From: a virus
Length of the DNA stretch: 64,000 bases
Direction: 5' to 3' (one strand)
IMG/VR virus record: IMGVR_UViG_3300013093_000001
Location: 49,906 to 113,905 of that record
Each line of letters starts with the position of its first letter. Positions within the stretch are counted from its first letter, which is position 1. Made by a program: the position numbers and the translations under genes. A model generated the notes under the pieces. That model was given only the letters and a program-made list of their open reading frames with translations, did not search any database and had not been told where the DNA came from. Of this stretch, positions 37,535 to 46,338 are shown piece by piece.

Positions 37535-38242
37535 TCATTGGTCGTCCGGCAATTCAATTATTTTGGTCACCGCGACCTTTTCCGGCAACACCACAACCTC
37601 TTGCTCAGACCTGCCGTCAAAGTAGGCGATGATGTCTTTTTTGGCGACCGTACCTACTACAAGATTACGCGCCTCATCTTTGCCTGCCAAGCGCCGCGCA
37701 AAGAATTTAGCGACTACCGGATTAGTTGACCAGGAGAAGCCGTGTTGTATGCCGCGACCGGGGAAACCCCGATACACAGTGACCTCACCCGGCAGGTCGT
37801 GCTTAATGACGTTGCGTTCCTCCTGTTGCATCATTGCGTACCGGCAGGGTCGGTGACTACTCAACAGGTGTCGCCACTCCGACATGTTCTGCCGTATGTT
37901 CTCGCTGTCTGTCCATATGTCACCTAGCAGGGACCAATACTTCTTGTCAGGCAAAATGTCCTCCACGGACATAAAAGCATCCAGCCGGTACGGGCGCTCA
38001 TGGAGGAATATGAAACGGTCCCAACGCCTGGTATTCCGCGCCTTGTTGACAGCCAACTTCTTCTCTCGTAACTGTCGATTGACCAGCGCATTCATGGCGT
38101 CAAAGTGGGGCACACTAAAAACAAGGGGGTGACGCAGCATAGGCCACCCCAAATCCTCGTTTTCCTCCAGGTAATACTCCAGTTCCGCGCTCAGCGGCTC
38201 CTGCTTAGACATCAAGTCCTGTAGTTCTGTCAGCAAATTCAC
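37535..38242 (-). CDS. putative ADP-ribosyltransferase-fold protein
   Basis: VYRG ... FSWST ... EQEVV (R-S-ExE). Confidence 0.55.
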   Translation of the reverse strand: MNLLTELQDLMSKQEPLSAELEYYLEENEDLGWPMLRHPLVFSVPHFDAMNALVNRQLREKKLAVNKARNTRRWDRFIFLHERPYRLDAFMSVEDILPDKKYWSLLGDIWTDSENIRQNMSEWRHLLSSHRPCRYAMMQQEERNVIKHDLPGEVTVYRGFPGRGIQHGFSWSTNPVVAKFFARRLAGKDEARNLVVGTVAKKDIIAYFDGRSEQEVVVLPEKVAVTKIIELPDDQ

Positions 38243-38424
38243 CCAACTACCTCCGTCACAGGCGGCAGCGGTACTTCCGGCTTAAAAAAGTTGTGCATAG
38301 CCTCCGCTTCGCCGCAGTCGCTACAGATGTTGGTTTTGTTGTCGCAACGAGATGTTGCGGGGTAACTTTTAATCTCAGCGCCGCAACGTGGACAAACAAG
38401 ACCGGACCACCAGTCAGCCGTCAT
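38239..38424 (-). CDS. Zn-finger protein
   Basis: CPRC..PATSR.DN..ICSDCG..EA. Confidence 0.7.
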   Translation of the reverse strand: MTADWWSGLVCPRCGAEIKSYPATSRCDNKTNICSDCGEAEAMHNFFKPEVPLPPVTEVVG

Positions 38425-38828
38425 TAATCGGTCCCTTCTCAAGTCTGGCGACCGTTTGCCGCCATTACACAACTTTAGGCCACCACAGCTACCTTCACCA
38501 GTCGGTAGAGGTAACGAGGGATTCCAGTTTGCTGATGAATTCACGCAGGTCTTTGACATCAAACCATGTGAAGTCGCCGTTGTATCCCTGCCAAGGACCA
38601 ATGACGACCTCATTGAGTCCGGTGTCAATCCGCATGTCTGGTACTGTACTGTCGCTCATTTGTCACACGGCGCAATGATCAGACCTGGGCAGGCATCACC
38701 CTGTGGCGGGTCGGTCAACATCTTTATGTAAGCCGGTAGGAATGGCTCACCGGTCGGCTGTGGTGGCGCGGCAGCTTCCGTAGTTCCACACGCAGAAGTA
38801 ACTAACACAACTGCAACCAGCAGTCGCC

Positions 38829-39305
38829 TCATGCCATTCCTCTTCCTGTTGTGATTCCTTCTTCCCAGTCACGCTGACGCGCCTTACTAGGTCCGTTCAC
38901 TGCGACGTTTTCCTCTTGTGTTGTCACTAGGCCGTCTTGTATTAAGTACGGGAAGTCGTCTTGTAGCGCTTCCGGCAGTATCCACAAATGGTACTCGTTT
39001 GCTTGATCTGTCAGCTTAGACTCCGGTGGAAAAACCTCAATGCCAATTCGTTCGGGACCAGCTACCTCATTCTTAATTGCCTGCATGTGTCGCCAGTCGC
39101 GGATGGCTCTACGGTCATGCCGGTGGAAACTGACATGCAACGCGCCGAACCCTATGTCACGAACGAACACACTGTATAGATCGTTCCTGTAAGTAGCCTT
39201 CGGGACGGACATTCCAGCATTTATATAAAACTGCGCTGTCGTCTCGCATAGCTGAAGTGGTTGCCATCGGTGCCTCTGCTGCGGATTCCTCCTGCTTTTA
39301 TTCAC
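38829..39305 (-). CDS. conserved phage hypothetical protein
   Basis: WRHMQAIKNEVAGPE..EVFPPES.L.D.AN.YHLW. Confidence 0.8.
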   Translation of the reverse strand: MNKSRRNPQQRHRWQPLQLCETTAQFYINAGMSVPKATYRNDLYSVFVRDIGFGALHVSFHRHDRRAIRDWRHMQAIKNEVAGPERIGIEVFPPESKLTDQANEYHLWILPEALQDDFPYLIQDGLVTTQEENVAVNGPSKARQRDWEEGITTGRGMA

Positions 39306-39382
39306 TACCTCTCCTGCTCTTTGCTTGATTTGGCCTTTTGCCGCCAGCTACAATTATTTGTAAATTGTTTATTGCTCGCAAC

Positions 39383-39799
39383 CTACGACACCGCCTGTCG
39401 CATCAGGTCCGAGAACTCCATAAGGTGGCCGTACTTACGTTTCAGGTCACCGATTTCCCGCTGGAGCTCTTTCAACAGGATTTTCGTTAGGAACTCATCC
39501 TGTACTAGTTCCTCTGTCGGAATGTACCCAGTCCGTCTGTCGCCAGCTTCATGGAATGACTGGAAAGCCCTCACGTACCGACGCTCTCCAGACGGCGCAT
39601 CGGGTATTTGAATGCGTACAGACCTCACCAACTCAGCAGCCTGTACCTTCCGGTAAGCCTCTCCCGCAACGGTGTCGTCCCATTCAAACCGATGGTGGAG
39701 GGGCGCGTCCAACGGACGCGCCTCCTCGACAACCAGTTCTGGCGTTAACTCACCGTGGTTACGGTAAATTGCCGTCAAAACATCACGCAGGTTTGACAT
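39383..39799 (-). CDS. partner protein of RAMP-like gene
   Basis: LTPELVVEEAR..PLHHRFEWDD..YR; start overlaps RAMP stop (TGATG). Confidence 0.8.
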   Translation of the reverse strand: MSNLRDVLTAIYRNHGELTPELVVEEARPLDAPLHHRFEWDDTVAGEAYRKVQAAELVRSVRIQIPDAPSGERRYVRAFQSFHEAGDRRTGYIPTEELVQDEFLTKILLKELQREIGDLKRKYGHLMEFSDLMRQAVS

Positions 39800-40461
39800 C
39801 AGCCTTCAATGCCAATCTCAACACTGCGGTCCACCTCGTACGTCCCGTACTCACCACGCTTTTCTGGCCGCCACTCACCGACCCCAATACCCATGCCGCC
39901 AGCGTCAATGAGAGACAGCACGCTGTTGCGGTCAATGGATGACTTGACGTAGGTCACCGTCAGTACCGTCGTCCATTCGGGGAACATTGGACGGTATCGC
40001 AGGTCAGCCGACCGGGATGGACCGCCTAACCTGACCACGTCCTCACGCATCTCCGGTACACCCTTGATTTCGACCAACATTTGCGGGTCGGCCTTAGTCA
40101 AAACGCCGCGAAAAAACAGGAACTGCCGCAACGCCGTCATCGTGATGGACTTGTCGTAGAACCTGGCCGCGCTTGTCGTCGCCGCCTTAAACGCGGTGAC
40201 AGGGAAGCCGTAAGCCTCTACCGGCTGGTCCGGTGTTCCCACGTTCGGCATGTCACTACGCAGGATGCGGTAAAAAGATGCCTCATACTCTGCTTTGGGG
40301 TCGCGGATTTCCTTGACCTTTTTCTTACCTTGCTGCGCCTCCAGCATCTGCCGCTTAGACTTCTCGCTAAAGTTGTGGACAATCAGCGGAGATGTACCGA
40401 TGATCGGTACATACAGCGTTTCTACGTCAATTCTGTCTAGCTTTACGTTATCTGTCGTCAC
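39799..40461 (-). CDS. stand-alone RAMP/Cas7-like protein (Vipr-like)
   Basis: IIGTSPLIVH (beta1), GFPVTAFKAA (IPGSSLKGA-like), YRPMFPEW, C-terminal G-rich loop GIGVGEWRPEKRGEYGTYEV. Confidence 0.8.
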   Translation of the reverse strand: MTTDNVKLDRIDVETLYVPIIGTSPLIVHNFSEKSKRQMLEAQQGKKKVKEIRDPKAEYEASFYRILRSDMPNVGTPDQPVEAYGFPVTAFKAATTSAARFYDKSITMTALRQFLFFRGVLTKADPQMLVEIKGVPEMREDVVRLGGPSRSADLRYRPMFPEWTTVLTVTYVKSSIDRNSVLSLIDAGGMGIGVGEWRPEKRGEYGTYEVDRSVEIGIEG

Positions 40462-40469
40462 TACACTTA

Positions 40470-40534
40470 CCTCTCCTTATGGGTCAGCCCGTTGCCGACC
40501 TCGTACCCTGTCCAAGTTTGACCCTGACCAGGGC
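40470..40534 (-). repeat. orphan copy of the double-hairpin/SD element
   Basis: ggtcagc-ccgtt-gccgacc TCGTA ccctg..tttgac..caggg upstream of RAMP start. Confidence 0.8.
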
Positions 40535-40621
40535 TCGCGTGCCACGACGGGGTTCCTTATGCCACGCCTGCTGACCCGCATATATATATATACGGTAAAT
40601 AAAACCGGCTTACTTCACCAG

Positions 40622-41245
40622 GCCAACTTGTCATGCCCAGCACTGCCTGCCGTGCTAAGCCCAGCCCAGCCGCACCAAACCCGACCTCGCCGTACCGTAC
40701 CTCGCCTGCCTCGCCGTGCCAGACCCGACCTCGCCATGCCAGACCTCACCGCGCCAAACCGTACCGCGCCCCGCCTGCCATGCCATGCCTTGCGATGCCA
40801 TGCCGTACCACGCCTCACCTTGCCTGCCTCGCTAGCCTCACCTTGCCTGCCTCGCCATACCATTCCTCGCCTCGCCTTGCCGCGCCTGCCTTGCCACACC
40901 CTGCCTCGACACGCCAAGCAAAGCCCAGCCTCGCCTGCCATGACTTGCCTCAACGTGACATACCCGGCCTTGACCCGCCTGCCCTGCCTTGACTTGCCTC
41001 GACTTGCCTCAACCAGCCTCGACTGCCGCGCCACACCGCGCCAGACCGCGCCATCCACACCCAGCCGCTCCGTGCCTCGACTGCGTCGCCGCGCCATGCC
41101 TGACCGGGACTGCCTCGCCATACCAGGCCGTGCCGTGCCATGCCAAACCGCGCCCTGCCCGGTCCCGCCATGCCTTGCCACGCCTTGACTGCCGTGACTT
41201 GACAAACCCCGCCGTGCCCAACCAAACCTGACCATGCCTGCCAGC
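40622..41245 (-). ncRNA. GGY-NN pentamer array (~12 units), candidate guide-RNA array
   Basis: + strand reads (RCC-NN)n; units separated by GCCTGCC/GACTGC phase breaks at 40645, 40704, 40773, 40822, 40845, 40884, 40933, 40977, 41021, 41079, 41108, 41187, 41236. Confidence 0.85.
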
Positions 41246-41275
41246 CAGCTAGGTTGCCTTGTCGAACAATGCTCT

Positions 41276-41329
41276 GTATGGCAGTCCCGGCGACGGAGGT
41301 AGACACCGGGACCGCCATACCTTATTTTA
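41276..41329 (-). promoter_or_regulatory. leader hairpin plus -10 box for the pentamer array
   Basis: ~17-bp stem 41276-41320 (G.U on minus strand); TAAAAT at 41329-41324. Confidence 0.5.
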
Positions 41330-41353
41330 GTTGTAGGTTGTACTGTTCACCAG

Positions 41354-42421
41354 CTACCCCAACACAGACTCCAACGCCGCCACGAACTTGCGGTCCGACT
41401 CAGCCTGCTCTCCCTTAATTGCTCGCCAGGTGTTGCGCTCGCTACGAGATCCCTGAATTTGACTCAACCAGTGGTCCCAGGTGTTGTTCGTTTGGACTGC
41501 ACCAAAGGCGGTACCTTGCCACGGTGCACATCGGTCGTCGGACGTGTATAAATCCCACCACCTGTCGCGTTTATTCAACGCCACCGTCCTAGCGCGACCC
41601 TCATCCTCTGGTATGGGGATGACAATGTCCAAAACCTTGCCGACCTGCTGCGTTGTGACCTCTCGGTCCAGCAAAGCGTGTAATTCGGACACAAACTCCT
41701 CGTTGGTGGCTTCCAAAATACCCAGCGCGTCCCGCTCGTCTTGGAAATCAGCAAAGTTGCGGGTGTGTTTGCGCCTAAACAGGACACCAGCCTTGTTGGC
41801 TTCCAGCAGGTTCCACGACAACGTGTTATCGCAGACCGTTGCGTTGATTGTCCTGCCGCTCGTTTGGGAAATCGAACCGTCCATGCTGTCAGCTTTGAGC
41901 AGGTTGGGTCGGTAATCGAAACCCGACTTAGCGTCGTGTAGCGTTTCCGGCAACGAGAACTCAACCCAGGCGCGGCCACCTTTAGCTAGCAGACCGGCAG
42001 ACGAGATGCCTAACACTGAACCCGTTAACCGCTCTGCCTGCTGGATTAGGGTTATGCCGTAGGACTGGTGGATCGCGGTCTTGAAAATCCCCAGGTCGTA
42101 GCCGGTGTCGTCCCGCAACACTCCACGACGCGCCGCCTGCGACTCAATAACCTTAACCGCGACACCCTGCGCTGTTATGAAATCAGCTTCGTCAACCTCA
42201 CACGGTTTCAGGTACGCCACCTCAAGTGACTGCGGTAGCCAGTTAAATAGTCGGCGCTGCACGTCGGCGACTGGAATAAAACCCTCGTAATGGTTACATT
42301 CCATATAGGTACCGTCTTCGTTTTTGCGGAGGTCGTCGCGGCGGTGCCACGCATTCCCCCTTTGCGCGGTCATGCCGATCAATGTGTTGACCTGCAAGTC
42401 CCGCATCGTTTCTTGCGTCAT
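41354..42421 (-). CDS. DUF932 / TIGR03299-like protein
   Basis: NAWH, SSAGLL.KGGR, SMDGS, VCDNT, KHT, GTAFGAVQ. Confidence 0.85.
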   Translation of the reverse strand: MTQETMRDLQVNTLIGMTAQRGNAWHRRDDLRKNEDGTYMECNHYEGFIPVADVQRRLFNWLPQSLEVAYLKPCEVDEADFITAQGVAVKVIESQAARRGVLRDDTGYDLGIFKTAIHQSYGITLIQQAERLTGSVLGISSAGLLAKGGRAWVEFSLPETLHDAKSGFDYRPNLLKADSMDGSISQTSGRTINATVCDNTLSWNLLEANKAGVLFRRKHTRNFADFQDERDALGILEATNEEFVSELHALLDREVTTQQVGKVLDIVIPIPEDEGRARTVALNKRDRWWDLYTSDDRCAPWQGTAFGAVQTNNTWDHWLSQIQGSRSERNTWRAIKGEQAESDRKFVAALESVLG

Positions 42422-42467
42422 GCGTTCCCTCTCTTTGTTGTTTTAGTCCCTTGTGGACTAAATTCTG

Positions 42468-42707
42468 TTAGTAGTCGGGTAAGGGTTCACCGCCGCAGGC
42501 GCAGCCGCTGCTATGCCATGCAGCCCAGGCATGGGCTTTGCCGGGTTTGCCGGGGTTGTTTTCGTCCTCGTACCACTCCATCAGGTGTCCAGCCCACGAC
42601 TGGTATTGGACGGTGGTGTCGGTGGTACCTTGGCGGTCGAATTCGATCTGCCGCTGGTCGTAGCAGTCGATTTCGCTTTGTTCGTATGCGCTGGGGTCGT
42701 AAGACAT
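42468..42707 (-). CDS. hypothetical protein
   Basis: GGAGG SD. Confidence 0.65.
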   Translation of the reverse strand: MSYDPSAYEQSEIDCYDQRQIEFDRQGTTDTTVQYQSWAGHLMEWYEDENNPGKPGKAHAWAAWHSSGCACGGEPLPDY

Positions 42708-42752
42708 GTTTACCTCCTGTCCTGTCCGGCCATTTGCCAAACAGCTAAGGTA

Positions 42753-42781
42753 ATAGTATGGGTTTAGCTAGTTGCTCACAA
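42753..42781 (-). promoter_or_regulatory. SigA-type promoter for DUF932/array/RAMP operon
   Basis: TTGTGA-17 bp-TACTAT. Confidence 0.5.
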
Positions 42782-43505
42782 CCTGCTGCGGTTTGATGAT
42801 GAATGGTGCACCAGACAAGCCATGACGTATCCGCGCTGGAGAGCTCGTCTTACTGAGGAAGTCGTGGACTGCGCGGCAACAGCCGTCCCAGGCCCAGTAG
42901 TCGTCAATGAGGACAACGCCGCCTGGGACAACACTATCCCAAAACGCGTCGAGGCAGATCATGGTGGAGTCGTACCAGTCTGCGTCTAGGCGCAACACCG
43001 CAATCTTTTCTGGTTTCAAACAGGTGGGCAGTGTGTCTTCAAAAAAACCGGGTGTGATGTGTACGCTTTGAGGTTGCGGCGCTCTCGACAGGGTATCAAC
43101 GAAGGTTTTTGCTGACGCGGAGCAGTTATTGCGGTAGTACGGCCCCTCAACGTCACGCTGCCATTCCAGTGCAGATTGTCCGTCAATTTCCTGTGCTGGC
43201 GGCATACCTTGGAAAGAGTCGAAGAAGAAATAGTCGCGCTTAGGACCACATACTTCAATTAGAGCCGCCGACATGCCGCCCTTCCATGTCCCGCACTCTA
43301 TGACCGCGCCGCCTTTGCCTGCCAGATGACTGGCGACGATAGCGATGTTGTCAACGAATTGCAGCAGTGGGATCATGCTGCGGTCGCGGTACTTGTTATA
43401 TAGGTGTAGGCCGCGCAACCAGGAACTACTGTAACGCATGGCTCGCTGCGCGGAAAGTTGTTCGGGACGGATTAGTCTCAAATCTAGCTTCGGCAACATG
43501 GGCAA
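42768..43505 (-). CDS. TylF/MycF-family O-methyltransferase
   Basis: IECGTWKGG, FDSFQGMP, GFFEDTLP, LRLDADWYDST, IDDY. Confidence 0.9.
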   Translation of the reverse strand: MPMLPKLDLRLIRPEQLSAQRAMRYSSSWLRGLHLYNKYRDRSMIPLLQFVDNIAIVASHLAGKGGAVIECGTWKGGMSAALIEVCGPKRDYFFFDSFQGMPPAQEIDGQSALEWQRDVEGPYYRNNCSASAKTFVDTLSRAPQPQSVHITPGFFEDTLPTCLKPEKIAVLRLDADWYDSTMICLDAFWDSVVPGGVVLIDDYWAWDGCCRAVHDFLSKTSSPARIRHGLSGAPFIIKPQQVVSN

Positions 43506-43566
43506 AGTCTACATCCTGCGTCTGATGAACGTGCACCGAAAGCCAGTGCTGTGTGACAATGAGTAA

Positions 43567-44049
43567 ATGGCACGCACACGCAAACCTGGACCGCAACCAG
43601 ATATGAGCGCGGAAGACCGTCACCGCCGCAACACGCGCATCATGGCGTTGTTTGTTGCCGGGAACACGGAGAGCGAAATTGGTCGTGTCGTCAACCTGAC
43701 TGGTGCTCGCGTCCACCAAATCCTCAAAGCGGAACTTAAGAACGCTGCACGTCACCGGCAGTTATTGACTGACCAGGCTCTAGCCATCTACGTCACGCGG
43801 TTGGAAACCCTGATCCGCGCCGCGTGGCCTGGTGTTGTTCAGCAAGACCCGAAATTCATTGAAATAGCTCGCAGGTTATTGGAGCAGCAGGCCAGGTTGT
43901 ACGATCTGGAAGAGGACAGGATGCCAGGACTGCCGCCTATGGCTGAGAATGAATTGTCGGACGACGACGGCCTGGACCCGAGGGATGAGTTAGCGCAGTA
44001 CCGTCGCCGCCACCGGACCAGACCGGGTGAAGCTACAGGGACCGAGTAG
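43567..44049 (+). CDS. terminase small subunit (putative)
   Basis: N-terminal HTH; position upstream of terL. Confidence 0.65.
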   Translation: MARTRKPGPQPDMSAEDRHRRNTRIMALFVAGNTESEIGRVVNLTGARVHQILKAELKNAARHRQLLTDQALAIYVTRLETLIRAAWPGVVQQDPKFIEIARRLLEQQARLYDLEEDRMPGLPPMAENELSDDDGLDPRDELAQYRRRHRTRPGEATGTE

Positions 44050-44064
44050 TTGTAGGAGGTCATC

Positions 44065-44307
44065 GTGTTGTTCAAACTGATACCAGTCGGTGTTGTGAAC
44101 GCTTTGGAGAATTTCGTCAACAGTGTCATAACGGTAATTGTTGACTCTGTTGAGGACCGGATGCGGATGGTGATGCTGGAGTTCACCGTCGATGACCCTA
44201 ATGCTGGTGGACCCGTTATATGTAGTAAATGCGCCACTAATACCGAGTCGGGTATATGCCCTGACTGTCAGCCTATGGCGCACTCTCGACTCCCTAACCA
44301 GGCATGA
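44065..44307 (+). CDS. hypothetical Zn-finger protein
   Basis: AGGAGG SD; CSKC..CPDC. Confidence 0.6.
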   Translation: MLFKLIPVGVVNALENFVNSVITVIVDSVEDRMRMVMLEFTVDDPNAGGPVICSKCATNTESGICPDCQPMAHSRLPNQA

Positions 44308-45923
44308 CTGCCGCGTTTGTTGACGAGGTCATCCCCGCGCAGGGGAGTACCACGCCACGCATTTACACCAAGCCCCTGGATGTCAACTGCACTGGTCAGG
44401 TTGATGACGAGGAGTGCATTTGCGGGTGTGGACTCAACCCTGACACGTCGTGGGGTTTCGACTGCATCGACTTCCTCCTCAATGTGTGTCATTGGCAGCT
44501 TATGCCCTGGCAGGAGTGGTTGTATGTGCACGCTTTGGAGAAGCAGACAGACGGTACGGGTTTCCGCTTCCAAATCCTTGTCATCCTGGTGGCGCGTCAG
44601 AATGGTAAGTCGCGGTGGCTTAAGGGGCTGGGTTTGTGGCGGCTTTTCCTGTCCCGCTACGGGCGGGTTGACGCTCATTGTCCTGGCGCTCGACTCGCTG
44701 TCATCGCTGCTCAGAACCTTGACTATGCGGAGAATATGCTCAAGGAGGTTGTTGACGAAATCCGTGACAACCCGCTGCTGTGCCGTGAGCTGATTAACCA
44801 CCGGGTCACCAATGGTAAACACAGGGCTATCCTCACTAACCGCCGTTACTGGCGTGCCGCCACCGCGTCCCGTAAAGGCGCTCGTTCGTTGTCGGTAGAC
44901 ATAGCCATGTTGGATGAGTTGCGTGAGCATACGACGTGGGATGCGTGGAATGCTATTGTCCCGACGACGACGGTACGCCGATACAGCCAGGTGGTGTGTA
45001 CCAGCAACGCGGGAGACAGCCGCAGTGAGGTGTTGAGAGCGGCCAGGGATGGCGCTATGCGCCGCGTGTTGACGGGCGAAACGGAGAACACCAGGATCGG
45101 GTTGTTTGAGTGGAGTGTTCCTATGGAGGAAGACCCTAAAGACCCGGCGTTTTGGCACATGGCTAACCCGTCTATGGGTTTACTGAATGATTTTTCGCTG
45201 GATGATTTGCGTGGCTATTTGGAGGCAATGGAGTATAGGAACTTGGCTGGCTTTCAAACTGAACACCTGTGTCAGTGGGTTGACTCCCTGCAACCTGGCA
45301 TTTTGCCAGCTGAGCATTGGGCTGAAACTATTGACCCCACCAGTCGCAGAGATGAGTCGGCACCTGTTTTCGCGGCATTGGACGTTAACTATGATAGGAC
45401 GAGAAGCTATGTCTGCATCGCAGGCCGTCGCGCTGACGGTAACTTGCACATTGAAATTGCCGTCGCTGCCAGCGGAACTGACTGGGTTGTTGAGTACCTT
45501 GCGGAACGAAAGAAAAAGTTCAAAGCCGTCGCTGTCCAAAAGACCGGAGCGCCGGTCAGCGGTATGATTGACGACATTAAACGCGCTGGTGTCAAGGTTG
45601 TTGAGTGGGGTCCGAGCAACGAAATTGCTGGGGCCTGCGCCATGCTGTATGACCAGATCACTGAACACCGGATTTTCCACCGGCCAGCCGGAGCCCTGGA
45701 CCGAGCAGCTGCTAGCGGCGTGGCGAGGAATGTCAGTGAGGGTTGGGTGTTTGACCGCCGTAACTCCCCCGTCGACGTGTCGCCTTTAATTGCGTGCGCC
45801 GCTGCGGCATGGTTGGAGCATAAAAGGCCGGGAACGCCTACAGTTCATGAGTGGCCTGATGAAGATGTCATTAGGCAGTGGGAAGAAGAAGGCCGAGGCA
45901 TGGAGGCGCAATGGAAAACGTGA
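44304..45923 (+). CDS. terL: terminase large subunit
   Basis: LMPWQ, VARQNGKS (Walker A), MLDELRE (Walker B), SNAG, ANPSMG. Confidence 0.95.
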   Translation: MTAAFVDEVIPAQGSTTPRIYTKPLDVNCTGQVDDEECICGCGLNPDTSWGFDCIDFLLNVCHWQLMPWQEWLYVHALEKQTDGTGFRFQILVILVARQNGKSRWLKGLGLWRLFLSRYGRVDAHCPGARLAVIAAQNLDYAENMLKEVVDEIRDNPLLCRELINHRVTNGKHRAILTNRRYWRAATASRKGARSLSVDIAMLDELREHTTWDAWNAIVPTTTVRRYSQVVCTSNAGDSRSEVLRAARDGAMRRVLTGETENTRIGLFEWSVPMEEDPKDPAFWHMANPSMGLLNDFSLDDLRGYLEAMEYRNLAGFQTEHLCQWVDSLQPGILPAEHWAETIDPTSRRDESAPVFAALDVNYDRTRSYVCIAGRRADGNLHIEIAVAASGTDWVVEYLAERKKKFKAVAVQKTGAPVSGMIDDIKRAGVKVVEWGPSNEIAGACAMLYDQITEHRIFHRPAGALDRAAASGVARNVSEGWVFDRRNSPVDVSPLIACAAAAWLEHKRPGTPTVHEWPDEDVIRQWEEEGRGMEAQWKT

Positions 45924-45975
45924 CACCAGAAGAAGAAGGCCGAGGCATGGAGGCGCAATGGAAAACGTGACACCA
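45882..45975 (+). repeat. perfect 47-bp tandem duplication
   Basis: GAAGAAGAAGGCCGAGGCATGGAGGCGCAATGGAAAACGTGACACCA x2. Confidence 0.95.
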
Positions 45976-46338
45976 ATCGGCAGCGGTGGCCGTATTTATG
46001 CGGATTCTCGGCCAAAAACCGGAAAAAAGCCGCCTGTTGACGACAGGGAGGCGCAGACCCGTCAAGCGGAGAGCAAATTGTTTGAACGGATTGTCGACAG
46101 GTTGGAGCGGGAGGAAAAGGAACTCAAAACCTCGCCGCAACCTCGACCCGTCGTTGAGGAGCCGCCGCAGGACACTGTTGATTGGCCTGCCATTGGTTCC
46201 ACGGTCTTGGAGGTCAGCGGCGCTGGCCTGCTGGCGGTCAGCGGGTGGATGATTACGCACTGGTTGGGTGTGATGATTCTGGGTTTGTCCTGCATCCTCA
46301 TGGGTGTGGCTACCGGTATGCCTAAGCGCGGTGCATAA
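45958..46338 (+). CDS. membrane protein between terL and portal
   Basis: GGAGG SD; two C-terminal TM helices. Confidence 0.75.
   Translation: MENVTPIGSGGRIYADSRPKTGKKPPVDDREAQTRQAESKLFERIVDRLEREEKELKTSPQPRPVVEEPPQDTVDWPAIGSTVLEVSGAGLLAVSGWMITHWLGVMILGLSCILMGVATGMPKRGA

Noticed and set aside
40295-41318. Long Arg/Pro/Gly-rich ORFs on both strands over the pentamer tract
   Set aside because: By-products of a stop-poor 5-nt periodic repeat; a period of 5 does not fit codon structure
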